Source of the DNA: the human T2T-CHM13v2.0 reference genome, Homo sapiens
Length of the DNA stretch: 64,000 bases
Assembly: GCF_009914755.1 (NCBI RefSeq)
Contig: NC_060945.1
Reading direction: 5' to 3' (one strand)
Position 1 is the stretch's first letter; the number at the start of each line of letters is the position of its first letter. Under the pieces are notes generated by a model, which was given only the letters and a program-made list of their open reading frames with translations, was not told the DNA's origin and did no database searches. Positions 39,748 through 51,462 of this stretch are shown here, piece by piece. The translations under genes were made by a program, and so were the position numbers.

Positions 39748-40154
39748 TTAGGTGACTGCAAAAGGAATTGCCGTTTTTGCATTATTGGAACTTGCTGTTT
39801 AACATTGGAACATATTCTTAAATAAATGTAATTATGTTATACATCATTTTAATGGGCATTTCTCACTTTTTTTTTTGCTAATGACGTTACTTGCTGTTTA
39901 TGTTTATTTTAGACTATGGAAATGATGTTAGACAAAAAGCAAATTTGAGTGATTTTCTTATTTGAGTTCAAAACGGGTCATAAAGCAGTGGAGAAAACTG
40001 GAAACATCAGCAATGCTTTTGGCCCAGGAACTGCCAAGGAATGTACAGAGCAGTGGTGGTTCAAGAAGTTTTGCCAAGGAGACGAGGGCCTTGCAGATGA
40101 GGAGCGGAGTGGCCGGCCATTGGAAGCTGACAATGACCAACTGAGAGCAATCAT
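39748..40154 (+). mobile_element. Hsmar1 mariner 5' fragment (left TIR + N-terminal transposase, dead)
   Basis: TA then TTAGGTGACTGCAAAAGGAATTGCCGTT; ATG at 39916 reads MEMMLDKKQI*VIFLFEFK..NAFGPGTAKECTEQWWFKKF..ERSGRP..DNDQLRAI, matching the Hsmar1/SETMAR transposase; R-to-stop at a CpG. Confidence 0.95.
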
Positions 40155-40576
40155 GCTTTAAAATTGGTGAGGATGTAAAGTCATGAAGAGGGAATTGGTT
40201 TAGGGGCAACACACCTCTGAGAGTGCCCTCCAGAGTTGTGTGACACAGTGGCCCAGAGAGAGTGTAGAATCTCCAGGGCTATCCAAAACACTAAATTCTT
40301 TGGTACTTATTCATTGAATCAATGGAGAGACTTTAGGGATGGCATTTGGTACAGATCTGTAAGTAATGTATGAACATCCATTGGTCTCTAATAGCAGTAA
40401 CGACAATTTTAATCATCATAATTATTTAGCCTGTACCTGCTCTGTGCACAGATCCTGTGCCATGTGCCCTGTCACACTTAACCGTTACAAGAGCCTGTGA
40501 ATTACAGATGATATTCCTATTTTATAGACCAGGAAACTAAAGCTCGGAGAGAGTCAGAATCTCTGATCTTACGCAG

Positions 40577-40972
40577 TGTCTTGGTCTGCTCCGGCTGCCA
40601 TAACAAAGTATCACAGACCGAGTGGCTTCAACAACAGGCACTGATCAGGCACTGATTGCCTAATAGTCTTGGAGGCTAGAAGTCCAGGGTCACCTGTTGA
40701 AAGGAGGACTGGTTTCCCCTGAGGCCTCTCACCTTGGCTGGTAGGTGGCCGTCTGTGTGTATCCCAGGTGTGTCTCTGTGTGTCCAATTTTCCTCTTATA
40801 AGGACACCAGTCAGATTGGATTAGGGCCTACCCTAAAGACCTCATTTTAACTTAATCACATCTTTAAAGGCCTTTTCTCTAAATATAGTCACATGCTGAG
40901 TTACTTGGGGTTAGAGCTTCAACATATAAATTGGGAGGGGTGGGGTTCAGGGATACAATTCAGTCCCTTTCA
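40577..40972 (-). mobile_element. MLT1A0-type LTR inserted in a MIR (MIR ~40400-40576)
   Basis: GCTGCCATAACAAAGTATCACAGAC, TCTTATAAGGACACCAGTCAGATTGGATTAGGGCC, GATACAATTCAGTCC. Confidence 0.88.
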
Positions 40973-42493
40973 GACAGCAAGTAGGATGAACTAAGGAGAA
41001 AAATGGGACTAAGGCGGTCATTAAGTCTCATTAGATCCCCTCTCAGAAGCCAGGCCTGGGGCAGGGGAGGTTTAAAGGTAAGAGCACCCACATGAGGCCA
41101 GGAGGACAGAGCATGTCTCTCTCCTTCCTGCACCCCTTCCTTCCATCCCATACTAACTAATCAGTCTTCCCTATAGGTCAAAAGTATTGAATGGTTCAGT
41201 TAATTTCCTTCAGCCTAGAACCTAAACTCCAGAGTTATAATGAGAGACCCGTTCGCGCCCACTGTGCACCAGGGCCAGATCGGAGCTGATGGGGAACCAT
41301 GCCAAACACAACACCATTCCTTAGCGCATAGTTGAGGTGGAGCATGTGGAATGGGCCTGAGGTTCCTTGAATTCTTTTCGAGGCTGAGATCTATGCAGCC
41401 CTACGCCCCCAAAGCCCTCTCTCTGCATTCAATTTGTAGCAAAGTAAACAATTTGTAGCCAGTAAACAGGGAGTCCATTGTGACAATGTTCTGGGGACTG
41501 GGCTTCAAAGAGGCCTTTTGTTCTAAGTGATATTTAAAAATTCTTCATTAGCTATAAAAAGTTGTTTTAAAAACTCTTTCCCAGACACCCAAATGCCTCT
41601 CATATGAAAAAAAAAAAAAAAAAAAAACCCACAAAGCTTATGAATAACAAGGAATGGTCATTTGTGGCCCAGACTTCTAGTCTGGTCAAGTCAACAGGGT
41701 GTGCGAGGCTCAAAGAGAGAAGCTGCAGGCGAGGGAGCTGAGCCTCCTGCTGTGACAGGACTGAGGCGCTGCTGGGGACAGGAGTAAGACCATGAGCAAA
41801 ACGAAACTGTCTGCAGTGTCGAGCCCTGTGATACGTGCACTATTGCTTGGGGACAACTTAAAGAAGGCAGGGCCACTGGCTCCCACTGTGGCAGGGGGCA
41901 TCCTTCATCCAGGTTAGTTATCTAAACTGCAGTGTGAATGTTGCCCCCGCAGGGGAGTACACTGAGGTAAACCTGAGCCAGGCACAGCAAAAAGCTCTAG
42001 AAGAAGAAAGCAGGGAGCACCTGAGCTAAGGAGACTGGGCATGTCTCGTGGAGGGGTTAGGACTCGAATGGATGCTTGAGGAATTTGGGCAGGGAAGTCT
42101 ATTTTTCCCGTGGCTTCCCTAGGGACATGGAGAACCCCCAGCATCTATACTACCAAACCGCCTATATGACCCCAAAATGCTCCCAAGGGCACCATGAATG
42201 CAACTGTTTTTAAACAATGGCCTGTCCCCTAGGGCCCATCCTATCTCCAAGGCTGGCCTCTCTGGAAAGCAATATCGCTTGGGGCCTGAGAAGCAGGCTA
42301 GCTATGGAATCTCCACATCTCCAAGAACGTGCCCAGTTACTTCTCAGGAGCTCATAGGAAGCTTCTGCTGCCCTGCTGCCCATGGACTGGTCAAGAAACA
42401 GGAAGGTGCATTCTCTGAACACCCAATTTTGCAAAGATTATGGTCTAGTCATTTCCCTAATTGTCTCTTTCAGCTATAACGTCTTCACATCCT

Positions 42494-42801
42494 TTTTTTT
42501 TTTTTTTTTTTTCCTGAGACAGGGTCTTGCTCTGTCACCCAGGCTGGAGTGCAGTGGTACAATCATACATAGCTCACCGTAGCCTCAAACTCCTAGGTTC
42601 ATGCGATCCTCCAGCCTCAGCCTCCCAAGTAGCTGAGACTACAGGCACACACCACAATGCCCAGCTAATTTTTAAATTTTTTGTAGAGGTGGGGTCTTGC
42701 TATATTGTCTGGGCTGGTCTCGAACTCCTGGCCTCAAGCAATCCTCCCTCCTCAGCCTCCCAAAGTGGTAGGATTACAGGTATGAGCCACTGCACCTGGT
42801 C
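42494..42801 (-). mobile_element. AluJ
   Basis: Antisense Alu; TSD CACATCCT at 42486-42493 and 42802-42809. Confidence 0.94.
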
Positions 42802-44073
42802 CACATCCTATTCTTACTGAGGTGTTTGAGACCAAAATGCATTCTGAGAATTCTTAGATAAATTTCACTCTTTATGTACCAACGGAGGAACACTGCAGTC
42901 ACCTAAGTCATGCCCCTCCTTATGCCAGTGAGGAAACTGAGGCCAAGACAAGGAGCCCAATGCCCAAGGCACCCCCAACAAGTTAGGGGTAGAGCTGAGC
43001 GACTCTCCCAGCACCCTCCTCCAAAGCATTGTTGGACACAGCGTGATTCTTGCCTCCTGCTCCTAGCTCATTCTTTAGTTTTCACAGTGAAAATTCCAAC
43101 CCTTTATCTGATGGCATTTACTCCCATTATAATAGAAATATATTAACATTTGACCTGTGATCAGATCATTTCCTAGGAACAGGGTTTGGCAGGAGAGAAG
43201 GGAAGACCCTAAACTGTTCTTGTTGGTGCATGTGTGTATGTGCGTTTGTGTGTGGGGTTGTGTGTGTGTGAGACAGACCAGAAGGAAGATGGGCAAGAGT
43301 TAGGAGAAGGACAGAGAAAGGCAGAGACAAGTTTGCCCACTGCACAATATTGCCTCCATCTGGCCTGGCTTGGATGATCTGAAAGACTCTGATATTATCC
43401 AGAAGACCGGGGGTGCTGACCAAAGACTTCTCCAGGCACTCAGAAGTTGTCCTTCCAAGCATATTCCTTGGCTCTCCGAGAACCACAAGTAATTGATGAC
43501 ACCTCCCACCCCAGCCCCCGCCTTCTCCACATCCTATTCTTTCCAGCTTCTGGGCAGATAGATGTGCTTGTTTGTAGACTCATTCATTCCAGGCTTTGCA
43601 GTAATCTCAGACTTGACAAACACAGCATGGTCGCATTCATCATGGTCACCTGGTCCTCATTAGGGCCATCAGGGGAGGCCGGTGCCTGGCTTTGTGATGA
43701 GTGGTTCCTCCTCCACGTGGGCTCCAAAGTGCCCAGCAGCCTTTTGTTGTTTGCATGAAGGCCTTGGGTGACTCTGCCAGGCTCGGCTCAACATTTTCCA
43801 CATGACTGATGGCATTCAAAACTTTGCAATGCCAATAGGCAAATGTCTTGACTGGCTTTGTTTCTTGTTGGTTCAGGTGGAATAATAAGGCTGATTCTGC
43901 CAGAAATGTCAGTGTGAAGCTGGGAGGTTGGTGTTTGTTCATAAGGACACAGGAAAGCAGATAGCTAAGTGACCGGGTGCCCCGGGGCCTGGGTGCCCAG
44001 TGCCAGTGGTCAGAAAGGTTGCTTTGGTGTTTTTCATTGTTAGTGAGACAGAGATGGTGTGCCTTAGGGGTAG

Positions 44074-44649
<576 letters not shown>

Positions 44650-46824
44650 TAGTCCTCAGCATCAGGAGGTAATCAAATATCTGAATGCTGGTCCTTCCAT
44701 TGTCTGATGACCAGATCCAGCTGAAACATCCAATTTTGTAAAATATTCTGCTCTGGCATTTCCATAATTATCTCCTTCAACTGTAACGTGTTCACATCCT
44801 GTTCTAACTGAGGTGTTTGGGACTTACATGCTTTCTGATAATGATGATAAATTCCACCCTTTGTGCGCTAGAGTCATCAGGTGAAATTGCTTTCGCTAGG
44901 GTGTTTTGTTCTACTGTACTTTGACATGGATTCCGAAGTCTGCGTCATACAGAAGACAGGCGATTGTAATTATTATTTTGAAATGGACACATTGCTGAGC
45001 TCCTGGAAATGAGCCTAAAGATAAACATGAGGACTCAGGGGCCTTGAAATCCATACCAGGCAGCTTCCTGATTCTTGCAGGCCCGTTTGGTCACTGCCAG
45101 ACTAAACAGAAAGCTGCCCCTCCCCTCCCTGGGCTGGCACTTTGGGGCTTTTGTTAGTTGGGCAGGAGTGCAAATCCTTGAAGATACTCTCCGTGGAAAG
45201 CCTGCGTCTTTACATCCTCTGCCTGAGACCTTGGCCAGTGCTGGCAACGTGGCCTCGAGCTGCCCTGGGGTTCCTTGACATTTCCTCATTTGGGACTCTG
45301 GGGCCTTTGCTCCAGCTTAGCTGTGTATCTCAGGGGTCAGGAAGGAGAGGTGGCCTATGGTCTTGTTTTTCAGCCTCTGGAATTGGGAAGAAGCTTTGGA
45401 GTTAGGAAGAGTCCCAAGCCACAGGCCCCGGCCAGTTTCTGACCAGAGAGGTGGAGGGGCAATCGCGGAGGTGGGCTTTGAAGTGGTGAGGGGGCCTGGG
45501 GGCAGATGGCAAGCAAGCAGGGAGTGTGTTTGTTACCCTGTGCTAAAGGTGTATCCGATAGGTGTATCCGATGTCACTCAGTCACTGAGCACCCAGGAAG
45601 GATACCATCATGTCCAGCCAAGCACCTGCAGACACATAGATTCATTGGCTCTCAGCCACATATGGTGATGGGAAACTCTACCTTGTCCCATGTGGTGGCA
45701 TTTCAGTGTCTACTGAGCATCACTTGCAACCCTCCCGGGCTGTTCCCTGGCAGGTCCTGGCACTGCAGGTCAGTGTCTGGGGCAGCAGCTCTTTCCATGG
45801 GGTTGCCTCCCTTCTCCTGCCTGCCACGTCTCCTGCTGGCTTCTCTTACAGCTTTCTCTACCTCCAACTCTCTTCCCTTTCTAGAAAGACACCAGAGAAG
45901 AAGGGAGGAAACCCTCCCATCCAGGGAGTTCCCTCTTTTCACTCCTCTTTCTTTGGTTCTTAACCTCAAGCACTCCCTTGTCCCACCTGGGCAACCCTGC
46001 TTCAAGGTAGCTTGCCTTAGGGGCCTGTTTTCCCTTGTCTTTGGAAAGCAAGCCCCAGAGGTGAGTCAGCATACAAATATAGAACACGTTCCTCAGAATA
46101 AAGAAATCCCCACTTACAGTGTGGCTGGCGAGGGTGTGGGGCACAGATGTGAGGAGGGTGGGCACACGGAGAGGGGAAGGGACGTGGGTTGGGTCGGGGG
46201 AGGCCAAGTGACCCCACCATGTTGCAGAAGAACCTCAGCTGGGTCACAGGAAGTGGCATGCGGGAGTCACCATGGAAGCCACAGTTTAAAATGTCAGGCC
46301 ACCTTCCTCACAGCTGAGGAGGGGGCAGATAGGCTGATGGGGGAAAAGTGCATGAATTTTTCTGGTTCCATCAATGCCTCTGAGAATCAGCAAAGAGCAA
46401 AAAGAGCAAAGCCCAGAGACGTGACCTGGTTGAGGACCCTACGCTCCTTGAAGGCAGGAATCAAGCCTTGTTCATGTTTGCATTTCAACACCAAGCGCAG
46501 CTCCAGGCTCCAAGTCGAGGCCCAGGAAGCGCTGGCTGTCCTGAAGGTGCTCAGTCTGAAGGTGTCGGGCCCAGGTGTAGGAAGCAGAGCCAGAGGACCA
46601 GGATGGGAAGGCACTGGGCCCGCGGTGGTGAGTTTCTGTAGATGCTGGGCTAAGAGGGCTATTGGCAGAAGAAAATCATGGAAAGGCATTTTGATGACAT
46701 TTCTTCTTAAAAAATTTTAAAATAATGAGCACTCATTTTCACAGTACTCATCAGAACAACACAAAGATGCAATCAGAACAAGCTGTACTTCCCTCCCGAC
46801 CCTTCGCTCTCCCTCACCCAGGTA

Positions 46825-47310
46825 AACAATTTTCTTTCTCCTTAGAATTCTGAGATTTCACCAAGTTATGTCTAGGTGTGTGTCATTTAAAAAATAACCC
46901 TGTCTGGGACTTGGGCCTTTCAATATGCAATCTAAAGTCTTCTGGCAGGTCAGGGAAATTTTCGTCTGTTATTTTTTAAATAGCACTTCTCTTCCATCTG
47001 TTCTCTCTTTCTTTCTCTCTTTCCTTCTGGAACGTTTGCTATTTGTATGTCATGCCTCTCGTTTTGTCCTTTAAGTCTCTTACCATTCCCTCCTGGGTTC
47101 CACCTCTTTGTGTTTTTATGTCGTGAACTCCTTCCTCTACTTGATCCTCTAAACCTCAAATTCACTGCCCAACAGTGATCCTCCTCTTTTCAGTCCATTT
47201 TCTGAGTTTTTTAAAATTTAAAAAAAAAAAGAAGAAGGTTTTCTTTTAGCTCCAAGTCTTTTTCTCAGACTTAAATGGTATCTTCTTGAGCATTCTTTTT
47301 TACTTGTTTT
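46825..47310 (-). mobile_element. Old L1M fragment
   Basis: TTCTGAGATTTCACCAAGTTATGTCTAGGTGTG..GGGCCTTTCAAT..CAGGGAAATTTTC. Confidence 0.65.
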
Positions 47311-49005
47311 TCAAGCCTCTTTTCCCTCCATGGGGGGGCTCCCTGGGATGCAGATTTGGTCCCTCTCCCCCTCATCACACAGATCTCTGCATGCCTGCGA
47401 TTTTGCAGGCCACAGACAGGCAGTTGAGGGCATGAATGTTCATCGAGCAGTGGACGGCACAGATGTTTCTGCTTTTCAGAGCCAGCAGCAACAAACCAAG
47501 TGAGCAGCCACTTCTCTGCAGATCAGAGCGGGGCATCTTCTCTGCTTTGTGCTCTTCCTGGGATTAAAGTCCAGTTCTTGAATATGGAGGGATAGGGAAT
47601 TATGAGCAAAGGTGGGAGAATTAGCTTCAAAGAGCTAGGGAGGGGAATATACCTTCTCGTGAGCCTGCAGTACTGGCAGGTGGGGTTGCAAATGTAGACC
47701 CTGTACATTTCGGCAGTAAGTTGGGGGATTTCATGGTCAATGATAGAGATGGGCTCAAGGCAGCCATTTGAATGTTTCCTCTAATTCAGAGAGAAATTGC
47801 CCCTGAGGTATTGCCTTCAACCTCCCATGGCTTTCACCTATCCCCGGCAACCCAAGCAATAGACTGCTGTGGGGCGCTAAGGAGAATCAGAGGCAGAGAT
47901 CTCACCCCGATGTGCTTCCCGCATCCTTCAAGGTGGTTTAGTTACCATCTCCTGAATTATTCTTTGTCTGAGCCATCAGAGGCTTCGTCTGTCCCTCTGT
48001 TGGCTCCCTCTTTGGGGCACTGGGAGGATGCTACAGCAGCCCTGGGGTTAGCTCCTCCACGCAAACATGGAGGTGATGCAGCGTGGCTTGCAGGAAGACC
48101 CCCAGGCTTTAGCTTTCCTGAGCTGTCCTTTGTTTACCTGTGGTGAACATAGGACCCAGGGTAATTGAGGATCTGGCTGGGGTTGGGGTGGGATCTTGGC
48201 AAGGAGAATCCAAGGGAAGTCACTCCCCTCTAAGGGGAGGCAGAGTCCTGGGAAATAGGAGGCCTCTGACAGAGCCAAGTAAAGACTGAGCACACAGCCA
48301 CAGCCTCTGGAACACCATCTGCAGTGTGGCAAGATGCAATCAGAAGTCAGGACGTGGCCCAGGAGGAGGAGGAGGAGGAGGCGGCAGAAGTTCCTGCACC
48401 ACAGAGGCCCAGGCATCCTCTCTGCCTTGAGGTTCCAAACCTACCACCACCCAACACTTTCAGAGGCTGTGACCACCTTCGGGCCAGGGAAGAAAAACTT
48501 CAGTGACTTATAACTTGTGTTTGTTTTGTTTTTCCTAGAAAGTCTGAACATAACTGCGAGAGCTGTTTAAATTTAGGATCTAAGTTATAAAGCAGATAGG
48601 ACTAAAAATTCTTTTTCCTACTAACCAGCAGTAAAGACCCAGAAAGAAGACAGATAAGTTTTAGACAAAATCAAGGGACTTGGCTTTATTTCCTGCACAT
48701 CCAGGTTGCACTGTGAGTTAGAATTTGCAACCCTCCCCTACCCCACACTTTCATGCCTTTTTTTTTTTTTTTTACTTTTTCCAGACCCCATTGGCTAGTA
48801 AATGACCTAAAATGCATCGGAAAAACAGCAAAAAGAGACTTGAATAGACATTTCTCCAAGGAAGATAAACAAATGGCCAACAAGCACATGAAAAAGATGC
48901 ACCATGTCATTAGTCATTAGGGAAACACACATCCAAACCACAACAGTATGATAACACTTCACACCCACGATGACGGCCACAGTTTTTTTTTAGAAAAGAG
49001 AAAAT

Positions 49006-49307
49006 GGCCGGGTGCGGTGGCTCACGCCTGTAATCCCAGCACTTCGGGAGGCCAAGGTGGGTGGATCACTTGCAGTCAGGAGTTTAAGACCAGCCTGGCC
49101 AACATGGTGAAACCCCATCTCTACTAAAAAATACAAAAATTAGCTGGGAGTGGTGGCGGGTGCCTGTAATCCAAGCTACTCAGGAGGCCGAGGCGGAAGA
49201 ATCGCTTAAACCCAGGAGGCAGAAGTTGCAGTGAGCTGAGATCATGCCATCACACTCCAGACTGGGCGACAGAGTGAGACTCTGTCTCAAAAAAAAAAAA
49301 AAAAAAG
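49006..49307 (+). mobile_element. AluS
   Basis: Full Alu with poly-A; TSD AAGAGAAAAT. Confidence 0.95.
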
Positions 49308-49935
49308 AGAAGAGAAAATAAGTGTTGGCGAGGATATGGAAAAATTAGAACCCTTATAACATTGCTGGTGGGAAAGTAAAATGGTCACTATGGAAAAGAG
49401 TTTGGTGGTGTCCCACTAATTTAAACACAGAATTCCCATGTGAGCCAACAATTCCAGGTTGTATACCCCTACAATCAAAACAGGTGTTCAGATAAAAACA
49501 TGTGCATAAATGTTTATAGTATCTCCATTCACAATAGCCAAAAGTTGGAAGGAACCCAAATGTCCATCAACAGATGAATAGATAAACACAACGTGGTATA
49601 TCCTATCCATACAATAACATATTATTTAACCATAAAAGGGAGTGAAGTATCAATGTATGTTACAGATGGAGGAATCTTGAAAACACTATGCTAAGTGAAA
49701 GAAACCAGATGCAAAGGCCCACAAAACATATGATTCTATTTATATGAAATGTCCCGAACAGGCAAATCCACAGACACAGAAAGCAGGTTAGTGGTAGCCA
49801 GGAGAAAGGGCCAGGGGAGAAATAGGGAATGACTTAAAGGGTGGTGAAAAACTTCTGGGACTAGATAGCAGATGGTTGCATAGCACTGTGAAGATACTCA
49901 AAGCTACTGAATTGCACACTTCAAGATAGTAAATT

Positions 49936-50100
49936 TGGTGTGTGTTGGTGCACACCTGTAGTTCCAACTACTCAGAAGGCTGAGCTGGGAGGATAGCTTG
50001 AGCCCAGGAGTAGAAGGCTGCAGTGAGCTATGATTGTGCTACTGCACTCCAGCCTGGACGACAGAGAGAGACTCCATATCTTAAAAAAAAAAAAAAAAAA
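49936..50100 (+). mobile_element. Alu right monomer (FRAM/AluJ)
   Basis: CACACCTGTAGTTCCAACTACTC..GGCTGCAGTGAGC..poly-A. Confidence 0.88.
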
Positions 50101-50194
50101 TTAAATGTTAAGTTGTGTGTACTCTACCACAATTTTAAAAAATCCATACAGAGGATGCTGTCGCTGAAATATTGACCTCATATTAAGAGTAGCC

Positions 50195-50380
50195 TGCATT
50201 CAGTAAGTGTTCAGCGTGTGCTGGGCATTTTGTGTGGACTATTTGTTTTGGTTCTTACAGGGATCCCAGGAGATAATATCATTATTCCCATTTTGCAGGT
50301 GAGGAAACAGACTTAGCTCAAGGGACAGCCCAAATCCCAGAGAGTCTCACTCAGGAACGCAAGCACTTAGCTCTCCCAGC
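50195..50380 (-). mobile_element. MIR
   Basis: ATTATTCCCATTTTGCAGGTGAGGAAACAGACTTAG. Confidence 0.65.
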
Positions 50381-51305
50381 ACGCAGCGAGGTGGGAGGGA
50401 AGGAGGGAGCTGCCAAGGTTTCCTTCCTTCTTAGGACCATAGGTTAGAGTTCAGGGCACAGCACCCAACTTGGATGGCACAGGGTGCTCTTCCTGGCCTC
50501 GGGCTGAAAAGAGGGCGGCACTATTATAATTGCTTCCGGCTTTTGTCTCTAACATATGGAAAAACAGCGTGGGTAAGGGAGTCTAGAAGGAGACATCCTG
50601 CTGAAGCCCGTTGGAAGGACGCCTAAGGTTGCAAGGACCATCGTCCATGAAGGAATAGCTGGTGTTACCTGGCGCCTGAATGTAGGGCCTTCTCCTCTGT
50701 GGAGAATGTGGGCCTGACCCCAGGGAAGCCACTTCTTCACCATTTCCCACCCCTGGAGGCTGCAGTCCTCTCATGCCATCACTTCCCATTAGCTTCCAAC
50801 AATAAAGATCCCAGACTCAGCCTGCTGAGCCAGAGAGATGAGGAGGCATTGGCAGGAAGCCACTGCAGAGGGGGCAGCTGCCTCTCAGAACTGACTTTGG
50901 GGTGGTGGCTGGCTCTGTCCCTGCTGTAGCCAACTGGGGGCAAAAAGTCCAATTGAAGGACAAGTTTCAAGGGCGGGTTAGGGTGAGCAGAAAGGATGAG
51001 TCCCTGGCAGTGGCTGTCCCAGCCCTGGGCCACCGTGCCTGGGTCTCCAGTGAAATCCCGTCCAGTGGTCATCATCAGAAACCTAAGCCCTGACTCCGGG
51101 GCCAGAGGTGACTGTGAGTGGAGTGGACGAACCCAGATGGGTGACCACAATGACCAGAGGAGGGAGCAATGGCTGCTTCCAGATGGGGAGGGGGTAGAAA
51201 CGCCATTTGAACTCTATCCTGAAGATTCGGCTTTGGGCAGTAACTGGCATCAAAGCCACAGTCCTGAAGTAGGGCAGCATCACTTCACTCTTATCTTTGA
51301 GGAAC

Positions 51306-51462
51306 TTTTTTTTTTAAGAGACGGGGTGTTACTTTCTCACCCAGGCTGGAGCACAGTGATGCACATGGCTTACTGAAGCCTCAAACTCCTGGCCTCAAGT
51401 GATCCTCCCGCCTTGGCCTCCCAAAGTTCTGGGATTACAGGCATAAGTCCCTGCGCCCAGCC
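51306..51462 (-). mobile_element. Alu monomer (FLAM/FRAM)
   Basis: Poly-T plus a single antisense monomer ending TGCGCCCAGCC. Confidence 0.88.

Larger units (their letters stand above)
48828..50140 (+). mobile_element. L1MB-type 3' end with two Alu insertions
   Basis: GCAAAAAGAGACTTGAATAGACATTTCTCCAAGGAAGATA, CCCAAATGTCCATCAAC, TATATGAAATGTCC..GGCAAATCCA. Confidence 0.88.

Noticed and set aside
39949-40161. SETMAR-like ORF
   Set aside because: Dead Hsmar1 fragment with an upstream in-frame stop, no SET exons and no catalytic domain; not SETMAR
41606-41627. Isolated poly-A run as a possible processed-pseudogene tail
   Set aside because: No recognisable retrocopy body or convincing TSD
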